Shown: piece after piece, positions 1-10,392 of the stretch
Numbering within the stretch: position 1 is the stretch's first letter
Layout of the letters: the number at the start of each line of letters is the position of its first letter
From: Gemmatimonadota bacterium
GTDB lineage: Bacteria > Latescibacterota > UBA2968 > UBA8231
DNA length: 19,408 bases
Assembly: GCA_038128265.1 (NCBI GenBank)
Contig: JAYPJE010000045.1
Location: forward strand, 1-19,408
Reading direction: 5' to 3'
Position numbers and translations under genes: made by a program
The notes under the pieces: generated by a model
The model's input: only the letters and a program-made list of their open reading frames with translations
What the model was told of the DNA's origin: nothing
The model's database searches: none

Positions 1-2
1 GC

Positions 3-317
3 GGCGGCCTGCTGGGCTCGCTCGGCCTGATGCCCTCGGCCTGCGTCGGCCCGGAGAAGTCCTACTACGAACCTTCGCACGGCTCGGCGCCCGATATTGC
101 CGGACAGGGCGTTGCCAATCCCTACTCGATGATCGGATCGGTAGCGCTGATGCTCGACAAAAGTTTTGGTATGAAAACCGAGTCCGACGCGCTGTGGAAC
201 GCGATGCAGCAGGTCTTTGCCGACGGCTTTACAACAGCCGATCTATCGCGCGGCGGCGAGCAGCTCATTAGCACCGCCGAATTCGGCGACAAAGTCGTAG
301 CGGCCCTTCAGCTGTAG
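3..317 (+). CDS. leuB: 3-isopropylmalate dehydrogenase, C-terminal part (5' truncated by window edge)
   Basis: Frame is open from nt 3: [13 protein letters not shown]...[19 protein letters not shown]...TADL...STAEFGDKV, matching the GSLGxxPSA and HGSAPDIAG motifs of the IPMDH/IDH family. Confidence 0.88.
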   Translation, partial: GGLLGSLGLMPSACVGPEKSYYEPSHGSAPDIAGQGVANPYSMIGSVALMLDKSFGMKTESDALWNAMQQVFADGFTTADLSRGGEQLISTAEFGDKVVAALQL

Positions 318-337
318 TACCCCCGCGCCGCTACAGT

Positions 338-378
338 GAGGGGGCGACGGAATTATTCCATCGCCCCCTCTTCTATTT
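338..378 (+). terminator. Inverted repeat, probable intrinsic terminator for leuB, overlapping the 3' end of the convergent GIY-YIG gene
   Basis: GAGGGGGCGACGGAA (338-352), loop TTA, TTCCATCGCCCCCTC (356-370): 14/15 complementary, followed by TTCTATTT on the + strand. Confidence 0.7.
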
Positions 379-658
379 CCCAAAGCAATTTCACCATCTC
401 TACTAGCCGCGCTGGGTGCTCTATAAGGCGCTCTTTTTCGCCGCGCGACAGCGCCTTGACGCGGTGCTCCAAACGCGCCGCCCGCCAACGCTCACCCACG
501 CCAATCTGGGCCACCAGAAGCAGCGGACCGCGGCCGCGCAGATACTTTGCCGCTCGGCGGCCACCGCTTTGATGTTCGCCAAAGCGCCGCTCTACATCGG
601 TCGTAATGCCGGTGTAGAGCGTGTCATCGCCGCAGCGAATGATGTAGAGATACCACAT
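353..658 (-). CDS. GIY-YIG nuclease family protein (YhbQ/UPF0213-like)
   Basis: WYLYIIRCGDDTLYTGITTDVERRFGEHQSG...AKYLRGRGP...ARLEHRVKALSR is typical of small stand-alone GIY-YIG proteins. Confidence 0.9.
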   Translation of the reverse strand: MWYLYIIRCGDDTLYTGITTDVERRFGEHQSGGRRAAKYLRGRGPLLLVAQIGVGERWRAARLEHRVKALSRGEKERLIEHPARLVEMVKLLWEIEEGAME

Positions 659-676
659 GGTATACTACAGGGTCTG

Positions 677-1708
677 TCAGATCCCTGCCTTTAATAGCTC
701 CCAGTACTTTGCGTAAATAGCAATGGCTGGACCCACGTCGTTTTGGAACTCCGAGCCGCGCAGATCTTCTTCTGTTGGATAGACCGTGCGATTGGTGCGC
801 ACGGCTTCGTCGAGCAAACCGATGGCCGTCTTGTTGGGAGAAGCATAGCCAATATCCTCGCAGATCATCTTGGCAATCTCCGGCCGCAGCAAAAAGTTGA
901 TAAAGGTATGGGCATCTTCTACGTTCTTGGCGCCGCTGGGAATTACTAAGTTGTCCATCCACAGCATGGCCCCTTCCGTCGGGTAGATATAGGCTATATC
1001 CGCACCCTCTTCGACGGCCTGAAACACCTCGCCGTTCCAGTTCATGCCGACACTCACTTCGCCGTTCAGATAGGGCATCTTCGGCGAATCGGCGTCAAAG
1101 ACCCGAACGCCTGGCACCAGCTCTTTAAGCTTTTCGTAGGCGCTGTGTATCTCCAGTGAATCCGTGCTATTAGCCGAGTAGCCCAACACGTGCAGGCCCA
1201 TGGAAAACACGTCGCGCACATCGTCGATAAGCAAAATTTGTCCAGCATACTCCGGCCTCCACAAATCTACCCACGAGCGCACGCTATCGACCGCGATTTC
1301 GGCTGCGTTGACCGACAGGCCGGTGCTACCCCACAAGTAGGGAATGCTGTACTCGTTATTCGGATCAAACGGCTGGTTGAGCTTGTTGGAATCGATATGC
1401 TGCAGATTGCTCAACTTGCTCTTGTCCAGCTTCTGCAGCAATCCCTCTGCGCGCATGCGACTGACGAAATACGTCGAGGGCACCGCAATATCGTAGCCGC
1501 TTTCACCCGTTAGCTTGAGCTTGGCGTACATCGATTCGTTGTTATCGAACGTGGTATAGACCACCTCGATACCCGTTTCCTCCTTAAACTGCTCCAAAAC
1601 AGCATCGGGCATGTACTCCGACCAGTTAAACAGAAACACCTGGCGATCGGACGCCAGCGCCGGCAGTGCGGCGCACAGCCACGCAACGCAGAAGAGAAAC
1701 TTTTTCAC
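677..1708 (-). CDS. potD: Spermidine/putrescine ABC transporter substrate-binding protein
   Basis: N-terminal signal peptide (MKKFLFCVAWLCAALPALA); FNWSEY, PSTY, PYLWGSTG, WNG and WMD motifs; GTG start overlaps the potC stop (GTGA). Confidence 0.93.
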   Translation of the reverse strand: MKKFLFCVAWLCAALPALASDRQVFLFNWSEYMPDAVLEQFKEETGIEVVYTTFDNNESMYAKLKLTGESGYDIAVPSTYFVSRMRAEGLLQKLDKSKLSNLQHIDSNKLNQPFDPNNEYSIPYLWGSTGLSVNAAEIAVDSVRSWVDLWRPEYAGQILLIDDVRDVFSMGLHVLGYSANSTDSLEIHSAYEKLKELVPGVRVFDADSPKMPYLNGEVSVGMNWNGEVFQAVEEGADIAYIYPTEGAMLWMDNLVIPSGAKNVEDAHTFINFLLRPEIAKMICEDIGYASPNKTAIGLLDEAVRTNRTVYPTEEDLRGSEFQNDVGPAIAIYAKYWELLKAGI

Positions 1709-2475
1709 GTTCGCTCTTCCTCCTTCGAGAAAAATTGTGATAGAGTGATAAAAACAAACGGAACGATAAAGAGCAGCGTAGCCAACGCATTGACCTCGGG
1801 CTTAACACCGACGCGCACCATCGAATAGATGCGCAGTGGCAGGATTTCAAACGTGGGTCCCGTAGAAAAAAAACTGACGATTACGTCGTCGATTGACAGC
1901 GTAAAGCTGAGCAGCCAGCCGGCGGCAATAGCCGGTGCCATGAGCGGCATGACAACGGTGCGCAGCGCGCGCCACTCGCTCGCACCCAGGTCCATTGCCG
2001 CCTCGACTAGGTGCGGATTGAGATCGCGCAGGCGCGCATACACCGTTACCACAACAAAGGGCAGGCAAAACGTGATATGTGCGATCAAAAGGGTCCAAAA
2101 ACCGAGCGCCCATCCCAGCGCTACAAACAGCACGAGCAGCGCAATGCCCATGACGATATCGGGTACCATCATCAGCGCCAACAGCAAGCCGCGCATTACT
2201 TCCCGGCCGCGAAAGCGATAGCGAAACAGACAGATCGCGCCCAGCGTGCCCAGGCCCGTAGCCAGCGTGGCAGCCAGCACCGCCAACCCCAACGAGTTGA
2301 GGGCCGCTTCGACGAGGATGGGGCTGGCCAGCGCCTTCTCATACCAAGCCAGCGTGAACCCCTGCCAGCGCGTGCCGTATTTTGCCGCGTTGAACGACTG
2401 CACCACGACGACGGCTATAGGCAGGTAGAGGAAGCAGTATACCAGCAGCACATAGCCCGACTTGAGCACACTCAT
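1705..2475 (-). CDS. potC: Polyamine ABC transporter permease
   Basis: FLYLPI..SFN start, EAAMDLGA EAA loop, SFTLSIDDVIVSFF, LPLRIYSMVRVGVKPEVNAL. Start placed at ATG 2475 (ATGA overlap with potB stop) rather than 2517. Confidence 0.93.
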   Translation of the reverse strand: MSVLKSGYVLLVYCFLYLPIAVVVVQSFNAAKYGTRWQGFTLAWYEKALASPILVEAALNSLGLAVLAATLATGLGTLGAICLFRYRFRGREVMRGLLLALMMVPDIVMGIALLVLFVALGWALGFWTLLIAHITFCLPFVVVTVYARLRDLNPHLVEAAMDLGASEWRALRTVVMPLMAPAIAAGWLLSFTLSIDDVIVSFFSTGPTFEILPLRIYSMVRVGVKPEVNALATLLFIVPFVFITLSQFFSKEEERT

Positions 2476-3329
2476 AGCTCGTTGCCTTCCTGCCCCAACC
2501 AGCGTCGACTGCTCCACTGGGCGAAGAGCAGTAGGCCCATCAGGCCCATAAAAATGGCGGAGGCGGCCGAGCCGAAGGGCCAGTTGCGCGCCGAGAGAAA
2601 CTGATTCTTGATAAAGTTACCCACCAGCATGCTCTTGGCTCCACCCAGCAGATCGGCAACGTAAAACATGCTTAAGCCCGGCAGGAAGACCAGCAGCGCA
2701 CCGGCAACTATACCCGGCAACGTCAGCGGCAGAACGACGCGGCGAAAGGTTTGCAGACGACTCGCGCCTAAATCAATGGCGGCCTCTAACAGCCGACCGT
2801 CTAGCTTTTCCATGACCGCGTAGAGCGGCAGCACCATAAAGGGCAGCAGCACGTAGACCAGCCCGACGACAACGGCCCCGTCGTTGTAGAGCATGCGCAG
2901 CGGCTTGTCGATCAGTCCGAGCCAAAGCAGCACCTCGTTGATTACACCCTTTACCGCTAGCAGCGTGCGCATGGCATAGCTGCGCACCAGCGAGTTGGTC
3001 CAGAACGGAACCATAATTAGCAGCAGCAATACGCGCCGACTATTTGGGGCTTGGCGCGCCAGTATATAGGCGAAAGGATAACCGATCAGCAAACAGCTAA
3101 CCGTCGCCACCACCGCCAGCAGCGTCGAGTGAATAAAGACCTGCACATAGACCGGGTCGAGGAGCAAGCGGTAGCTTTCCAATGTCCATTCAAACGCGAC
3201 AACGTCGCGCTCGTCGCGGCGAAGAAAACTCGTGACCAGTACCAACACATTGGGCAATAGGGCGAAGAGACCCAGCCAGCCGGCCAGCAGCGTCAAGGCG
3301 ATATTGCGAAAAGAAAGCACGTCACGCAT
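2472..3329 (-). CDS. potB: Polyamine ABC transporter permease
   Basis: PFWTNSLVRSY, LPFMVLPLY, EAAIDLGA, QFLSARNWPFGSA. Start placed at ATG 3329, overlapping the potA end by 8 nt. Confidence 0.93.
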   Translation of the reverse strand: MRDVLSFRNIALTLLAGWLGLFALLPNVLVLVTSFLRRDERDVVAFEWTLESYRLLLDPVYVQVFIHSTLLAVVATVSCLLIGYPFAYILARQAPNSRRVLLLLIMVPFWTNSLVRSYAMRTLLAVKGVINEVLLWLGLIDKPLRMLYNDGAVVVGLVYVLLPFMVLPLYAVMEKLDGRLLEAAIDLGASRLQTFRRVVLPLTLPGIVAGALLVFLPGLSMFYVADLLGGAKSMLVGNFIKNQFLSARNWPFGSAASAIFMGLMGLLLFAQWSSRRWLGQEGNEL

Positions 3330-4416
3330 CGGCCAACACGATCTCCCAGCCGGACACCCAGCTAACGGCGACGCGGCTGCCCGGTGCGTGGTCGAAATCT
3401 GGGGATTCTTCATCGAAAAACTCGCTGGCCGCCACGCGCTGACCGTTTTCTAACTCGACGATGGAATCTAGCGTGCGCCCCTTGTAAATGCGCTCGACAA
3501 CGCGGCCGACCAGACGCCCCGACGCCGGCTCATCAGCAAGCAGCTCCTCTATGCGCATATCTTCTGGTCGCAACAGCACCTGCACAGTCTGGCCAACGCG
3601 CAGATCGTCACCGGCAATACGGCAGTGCACGCCGGCAATCTCCACCTCCCAACCGCTATCTGCCGCAGCGGATAGAATGCGCGCGGGAAAAACGTTGACT
3701 TCCCCAATAAATCCGGCGACAAATAGATTGGCCGGCTGCTCGTAGAGCGCACGCGGCGTGCCCAGCTGCTCAATGCGCCCTTCGCGCATAACGGCAATGC
3801 GGTCGGACATCGACAGCGCTTCTTCTTGGTCGTGCGTGACAAAGAGAAACGTGATGCCCATGCGGCGCTGCAGCTGCTTTAATTCAATGCGCATCTCTTG
3901 GCGTAGCTTGTAATCGAGCGCATTGAGGCACTCGTCGAGCAGCAGCAGGCGCGGCCGGTTAACCACAGCACGCGCCAGCGCTACGCGCTGCTGCTGTCCT
4001 CCAGATAGCTGATGCGGTTTGCGTTCGGCATACTCACTCAGCCGAACCATATCCAACGACGCGCGCACGCGCTGCTCAACTTCGTCGCGACCGATGCCCT
4101 TTACCTGCAGGCCAAAGGCAACGTTGTCGAAAACGCGCATGTGGGGAAATAGGGCATAGTGCTGAAAGACCGTATTGACCGGTCGTCTATTGGCAGGCAC
4201 GCCGTCGACGCGCAGTCCATCGATATGGACCTCGCCCTCCTGCGCCGCTTCAAATCCAGCCAGCAGGCGCAGAATGGTCGTCTTGCCACAGCCAGAGGGA
4301 CCCAGCAGGGTGAGAAATTCGCCGTCGCGAACGCTCAGATCGATGCCTGGCAGCACGACCTTGTCTCCGTAGCGTTTGACGACGCCTTTCAGCTCAATAA
4401 TGGGGGGCGCGCACAT
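3322..4416 (-). CDS. potA: Polyamine ABC transporter ATP-binding protein
   Basis: Walker A GPSGCGKT, VFQHYALFPHM, LSGGQQQR signature, Walker B LLLLDE, VTHDQEEA; C-terminal SEFFDE..PDFDH..W...WE tail resembles enterobacterial PotA. Confidence 0.95.
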   Translation of the reverse strand: MCAPPIIELKGVVKRYGDKVVLPGIDLSVRDGEFLTLLGPSGCGKTTILRLLAGFEAAQEGEVHIDGLRVDGVPANRRPVNTVFQHYALFPHMRVFDNVAFGLQVKGIGRDEVEQRVRASLDMVRLSEYAERKPHQLSGGQQQRVALARAVVNRPRLLLLDECLNALDYKLRQEMRIELKQLQRRMGITFLFVTHDQEEALSMSDRIAVMREGRIEQLGTPRALYEQPANLFVAGFIGEVNVFPARILSAAADSGWEVEIAGVHCRIAGDDLRVGQTVQVLLRPEDMRIEELLADEPASGRLVGRVVERIYKGRTLDSIVELENGQRVAASEFFDEESPDFDHAPGSRVAVSWVSGWEIVLADA

Positions 4417-4557
4417 CCCGCTTCTATAGCTCGCTCGCAGCGCGCCGGCGACAAAGAGATCGTGCTCTCTGCAATGGTCTTATTCGGCGAAGGCCCCCTT
4501 GGAAAAGCGCATAACTCGGCAGGAGGCGAAGGGGTGGTGACCAGTTTGGGCGGAAAT

Positions 4558-4586
4558 AGTATACTGAGGAAAATGCGTATTGTCGA
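4558..4586 (-). promoter_or_regulatory. Sigma70-type promoter for potABCD
   Basis: Minus strand TCGACA (4586-4581), 17-nt spacer, TATACT (4563-4558); implies a TSS near 4551 and a leader of about 135 nt. Confidence 0.7.
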
Positions 4587-4638
4587 CTCTATTTTTCGCG
4601 CAAAAGACGCGTCCTTAGCACAGCGGCAATAGCGCCGT

Positions 4639-5487
4639 CTACGCACCGAACGCGCGATCGCACGCGCGCCCCTGTACGAATGTCTTTTCGTAGTCGTACG
4701 ACGCGCAAAAATCAACTGAACGGTCGAGGCTATGGGTCGTCATAGAGAGCCGACCGTCGGCAATCTCAACGCACTTGAAATCATAAGGGACTTCGACGAA
4801 GCTGCTGCTGGTGACGAAGTGTCCATTCCCCTGGGCAACACAGGTGTTGATATGGCTATGGGCACCGAGCAGAGCGTGCAGGTGAGAGTGCGCATGGAGC
4901 AACCCCCGTCCGCGCTCGACAAAGTCTAGCGGCGGTTGGTGAAAGGGACCGTCAAAGCCCGTTTGGTCAATAGGTACGCCACAAAATGGACTATGCGTGG
5001 AGAGCACGTGCACTTTGTCGGGGCGGCGCTTCAAGGCCGTGCTTAGGAACACCTCTTGCTCGGGCAAAAAATGGGGTAACTGAACGCCGTTCCAAAAGTA
5101 GGGCGCTGACCCCCACTGGTTGGGCACCACGTGGAGCAGGACATCGGGCGTCTCCAGCGTGAAGTTGGGACCATCGATAAAGAACTGGGGCGCCAGATCA
5201 AGCCACATATCTACCGCATCTGCGCGCGTTAGATCGTGATTGCCCAGACACAGGTATACCGGCACCGGCAGCCGAAAATGCTCGGCGGCGCGCTCTATAT
5301 TCTCCGCGCTGGTGCTATCGACCATATCGCCGCCGTGCAGAACAAAGTCGACGGGGCCGTGTTCCCCGATCCACTCCCCTAGCGCGTCCAGCAGCTGTGG
5401 CAGCATGGTGGGCTGCGAGGCCTGCATGGTATAGCCGGGCGCGTCTACGCCCCAGTGCGTATCGGATAGGTAAATAAAACGCGTCAT
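4639..5487 (-). CDS. Calcineurin-like metallophosphoesterase (CpdA/Icc-like fold)
   Basis: Motifs DTH, GGD..D, GNHD, THSP and GAHSH in the expected order. Confidence 0.85.
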   Translation of the reverse strand: MTRFIYLSDTHWGVDAPGYTMQASQPTMLPQLLDALGEWIGEHGPVDFVLHGGDMVDSTSAENIERAAEHFRLPVPVYLCLGNHDLTRADAVDMWLDLAPQFFIDGPNFTLETPDVLLHVVPNQWGSAPYFWNGVQLPHFLPEQEVFLSTALKRRPDKVHVLSTHSPFCGVPIDQTGFDGPFHQPPLDFVERGRGLLHAHSHLHALLGAHSHINTCVAQGNGHFVTSSSFVEVPYDFKCVEIADGRLSMTTHSLDRSVDFCASYDYEKTFVQGRACDRAFGA

Positions 5488-5511
5488 AGTCGACTGCCGA
5501 AGCCATTGCCT

Positions 5512-5556
5512 AAAAAGCGAGAGGCGCTAGAAACAACCCCGTCCAGCGCCTCCCAC
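5512..5556 (-). terminator. Intrinsic terminator downstream of acnB
   Basis: Minus strand GTGGGAGGCGCTGGA, 10-nt loop, TCTAGCGCCTCTCGC (15 bp with 3 G-U pairs), followed directly by TTTTT. Confidence 0.75.
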
Positions 5557-5636
5557 TAAGCCATTTGTGTGCCGATAAACTCGGCTATTTTGTGCCGTGC
5601 AACACGCCGCCGTAGCAGGGCGGCAATCGCCGGCGC

Positions 5637-8435
<2,799 letters not shown>

Positions 8436-8722
8436 AGTTCATGCCTTTCAATGGACGGTGTCCGCTCTCGTAATGAGAGCTATTTCTGCAGGCACTGGGC
8501 AATCGCACTAGGCGGCCCGTGCCAAAACAAGCGCTAAAAATATATATCATTATTCCGCAGCGACATATAGGCGGCACGACACCGCTGTGCGCAAGGGGGC
8601 CGCCGGCACTGAACTATCTTCCCGTTACGCCATTGCACGCGTGCGCTCAATTGGACACATTAGGGACATTCAGCCGATTTACAGCCGCCGCGATATCCGG
8701 ACGCACGCACAGGAGTCGTACC

Positions 8723-9550
8723 ATGTCTACCACCGCCGCCGCTATCCCGCAAACACAGCAACGCATAGCGCGAACGCCCGTGCAGTTCCTAGCGCACCTG
8801 CAGCAAACGCAGAACTTTCTCATCGCGCCCGAGCTCTTCCCCTTTGATATGGACATGCCGCCGGTCGAAGAGGTCATTGACATACTGCGCCGCGACGAAG
8901 AGACCAAAATGCGCTCTCCGCAGCAGAAGGACAAAGACCAGGAAGGCGAGCTGACGCGCTGGGTGCGCACGGCCCCCATTGAAGAAGTGCTGGAGCGGGG
9001 CGGCTTTGGCCTGAGCAACTTCGAACTCAGTCGCTTTTATGGACCGGGGCACTTTCTGCACGAACTGCAGGATCGGATCATGATACCCTGGCGCACCTTC
9101 CTATCCCAGCACGGCTATACGTGGCAGCGCTGCGCTCCCTACATATTCATCTCCATGCCGGGTATTTCATCGACCTTTCACGCCGACTACTCCCACGTGG
9201 TGGCCTGGCAGCTGGACGGCGTCAAAACCTTTAACGGCTTTATCGACCCAGAAAAGTATGCGCCGATTGCCCACATCGTGCAGAGGGGCAACGCGCCGCG
9301 CACCACGGAGATTCCCTCCGTTGCGCCAGACGAGTTGCTCTCCTACGAGATGCACCGCGGCGACGTGCTGTGGAACCAGCTGCTAACGCCGCACTGGGTG
9401 ACTGCCGGCGACGACCGCCCCGCTTTTAGCCTCAATATTTCGCACGGCGGCGTGCGCCACCGCGGCCAGTTTCTCGCCAACGAAGTGCCGCTGCGCGCGC
9501 ATTGGGAAACGCACCCCGACGAGGCCTGGGTCGCCGATCTGCGCTACTAG
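8723..9550 (+). CDS. JmjC/cupin-fold Fe(II)/2-oxoglutarate-dependent oxygenase-like protein
   Basis: FISMPG..STFHAD (HxD), QLDGVKTF, GDVLW...PHWV (distal His). AGGAG RBS at 8711-8715 favours ATG 8723 over 8519. Confidence 0.75.
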   Translation: MSTTAAAIPQTQQRIARTPVQFLAHLQQTQNFLIAPELFPFDMDMPPVEEVIDILRRDEETKMRSPQQKDKDQEGELTRWVRTAPIEEVLERGGFGLSNFELSRFYGPGHFLHELQDRIMIPWRTFLSQHGYTWQRCAPYIFISMPGISSTFHADYSHVVAWQLDGVKTFNGFIDPEKYAPIAHIVQRGNAPRTTEIPSVAPDELLSYEMHRGDVLWNQLLTPHWVTAGDDRPAFSLNISHGGVRHRGQFLANEVPLRAHWETHPDEAWVADLRY

Positions 9551-10392
9551 TCGCGCACCTGCCAGCCAAACGACACATACGCGTAGTCGAACGAGCCGTC
9601 GGCGTATAGATCGACGATGCCGTAGCCCTCGTCGCACTGCTGTAGGTCACCGCCCCACCAGCCTGCGCACAGCGCGCCGTTGCATATATAAGTTACCCCG
9701 TTGTACTCGCAGCGGTCGCGCAGGTGCATGTGGCCACTCAAACAGAGGCGCACGTTGGGATGTGCGGCAAACAGCGCCTGCAGCGCAAACGCATCCGTGT
9801 GCATCCAATCCCCGGGAATTTGCCAGTGGTGATCTCGCATGCGCTCGTCGTCGTAGATGGCTCCCGTTACGCTGAGAATGGGCACGTGCGAAATGATGCA
9901 TACGGGCGCACCGCCCGCCTGTCGCAGCGCCTCGCACAGCCACGTCCACTGCGTCTGGTCTAGGCGTGCTGTATAGCCACCGTCCAGCGGCTGACAGCTA
10001 TCCAGCACGATAAAGTGCCAGCCGCCGCGCTCGAAGCGGTAGTAGCGCGCGGGCATATCCAGTTCACGCAGCGCGCGCTCTTTGTGCGCCTGGGCCACGC
10101 CGTCGTCGGCATTCCAACTCAGCACGTCGTGATTGCCCAAGCAGTGAAAAACCTCGACAACGTCTACCGTTTGCATGGCGCGCTGCCACAGCGCCCACTG
10201 CGCGTCGACGCGCTCCGGCGGCGCGTCCGTAGCGTTCATTACCGCGTCGCCGCCGGTCAGCAGCAGCGCGGGGGGCACCGCCTGCGACCGCATGTGATCG
10301 AGCGCCTGCAGCAGACCCTCTTCCGCACCGCGCTCGGGCTGTATATGCACATCGGTCATATGCGCTATGCGCAGACTCGCTGCTCGCCGCAT
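9547..10392 (-). CDS. Calcineurin-like metallophosphoesterase
   Basis: DVH, GGD, GNHD, SHVP and SGHMH motifs. ATG 10392 overlaps the queG stop (TGATG) and follows a GAGGAGGT RBS. Confidence 0.88.
   Translation of the reverse strand: MRRAASLRIAHMTDVHIQPERGAEEGLLQALDHMRSQAVPPALLLTGGDAVMNATDAPPERVDAQWALWQRAMQTVDVVEVFHCLGNHDVLSWNADDGVAQAHKERALRELDMPARYYRFERGGWHFIVLDSCQPLDGGYTARLDQTQWTWLCEALRQAGGAPVCIISHVPILSVTGAIYDDERMRDHHWQIPGDWMHTDAFALQALFAAHPNVRLCLSGHMHLRDRCEYNGVTYICNGALCAGWWGGDLQQCDEGYGIVDLYADGSFDYAYVSFGWQVRD

Noticed and set aside
353..658. GIY-YIG as a homing endonuclease, mobile element or defence gene
   Set aside because: 101-aa stand-alone YhbQ-like form with no DNA-binding extension, intron context, integrase or flanking repeats.
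3905..3945. PotA Walker B/D-loop variant DECLNALD
   Set aside because: Catalytic DE and ALD are intact; this is a minor substitution with no clear consequence.
8464..8480. Iron-responsive-element-like hairpin in the acnB leader (GCTCTC-ATTAC-GAGAGC)
   Set aside because: Only 6 bp, and the loop lacks CAGUG; not enough to call.
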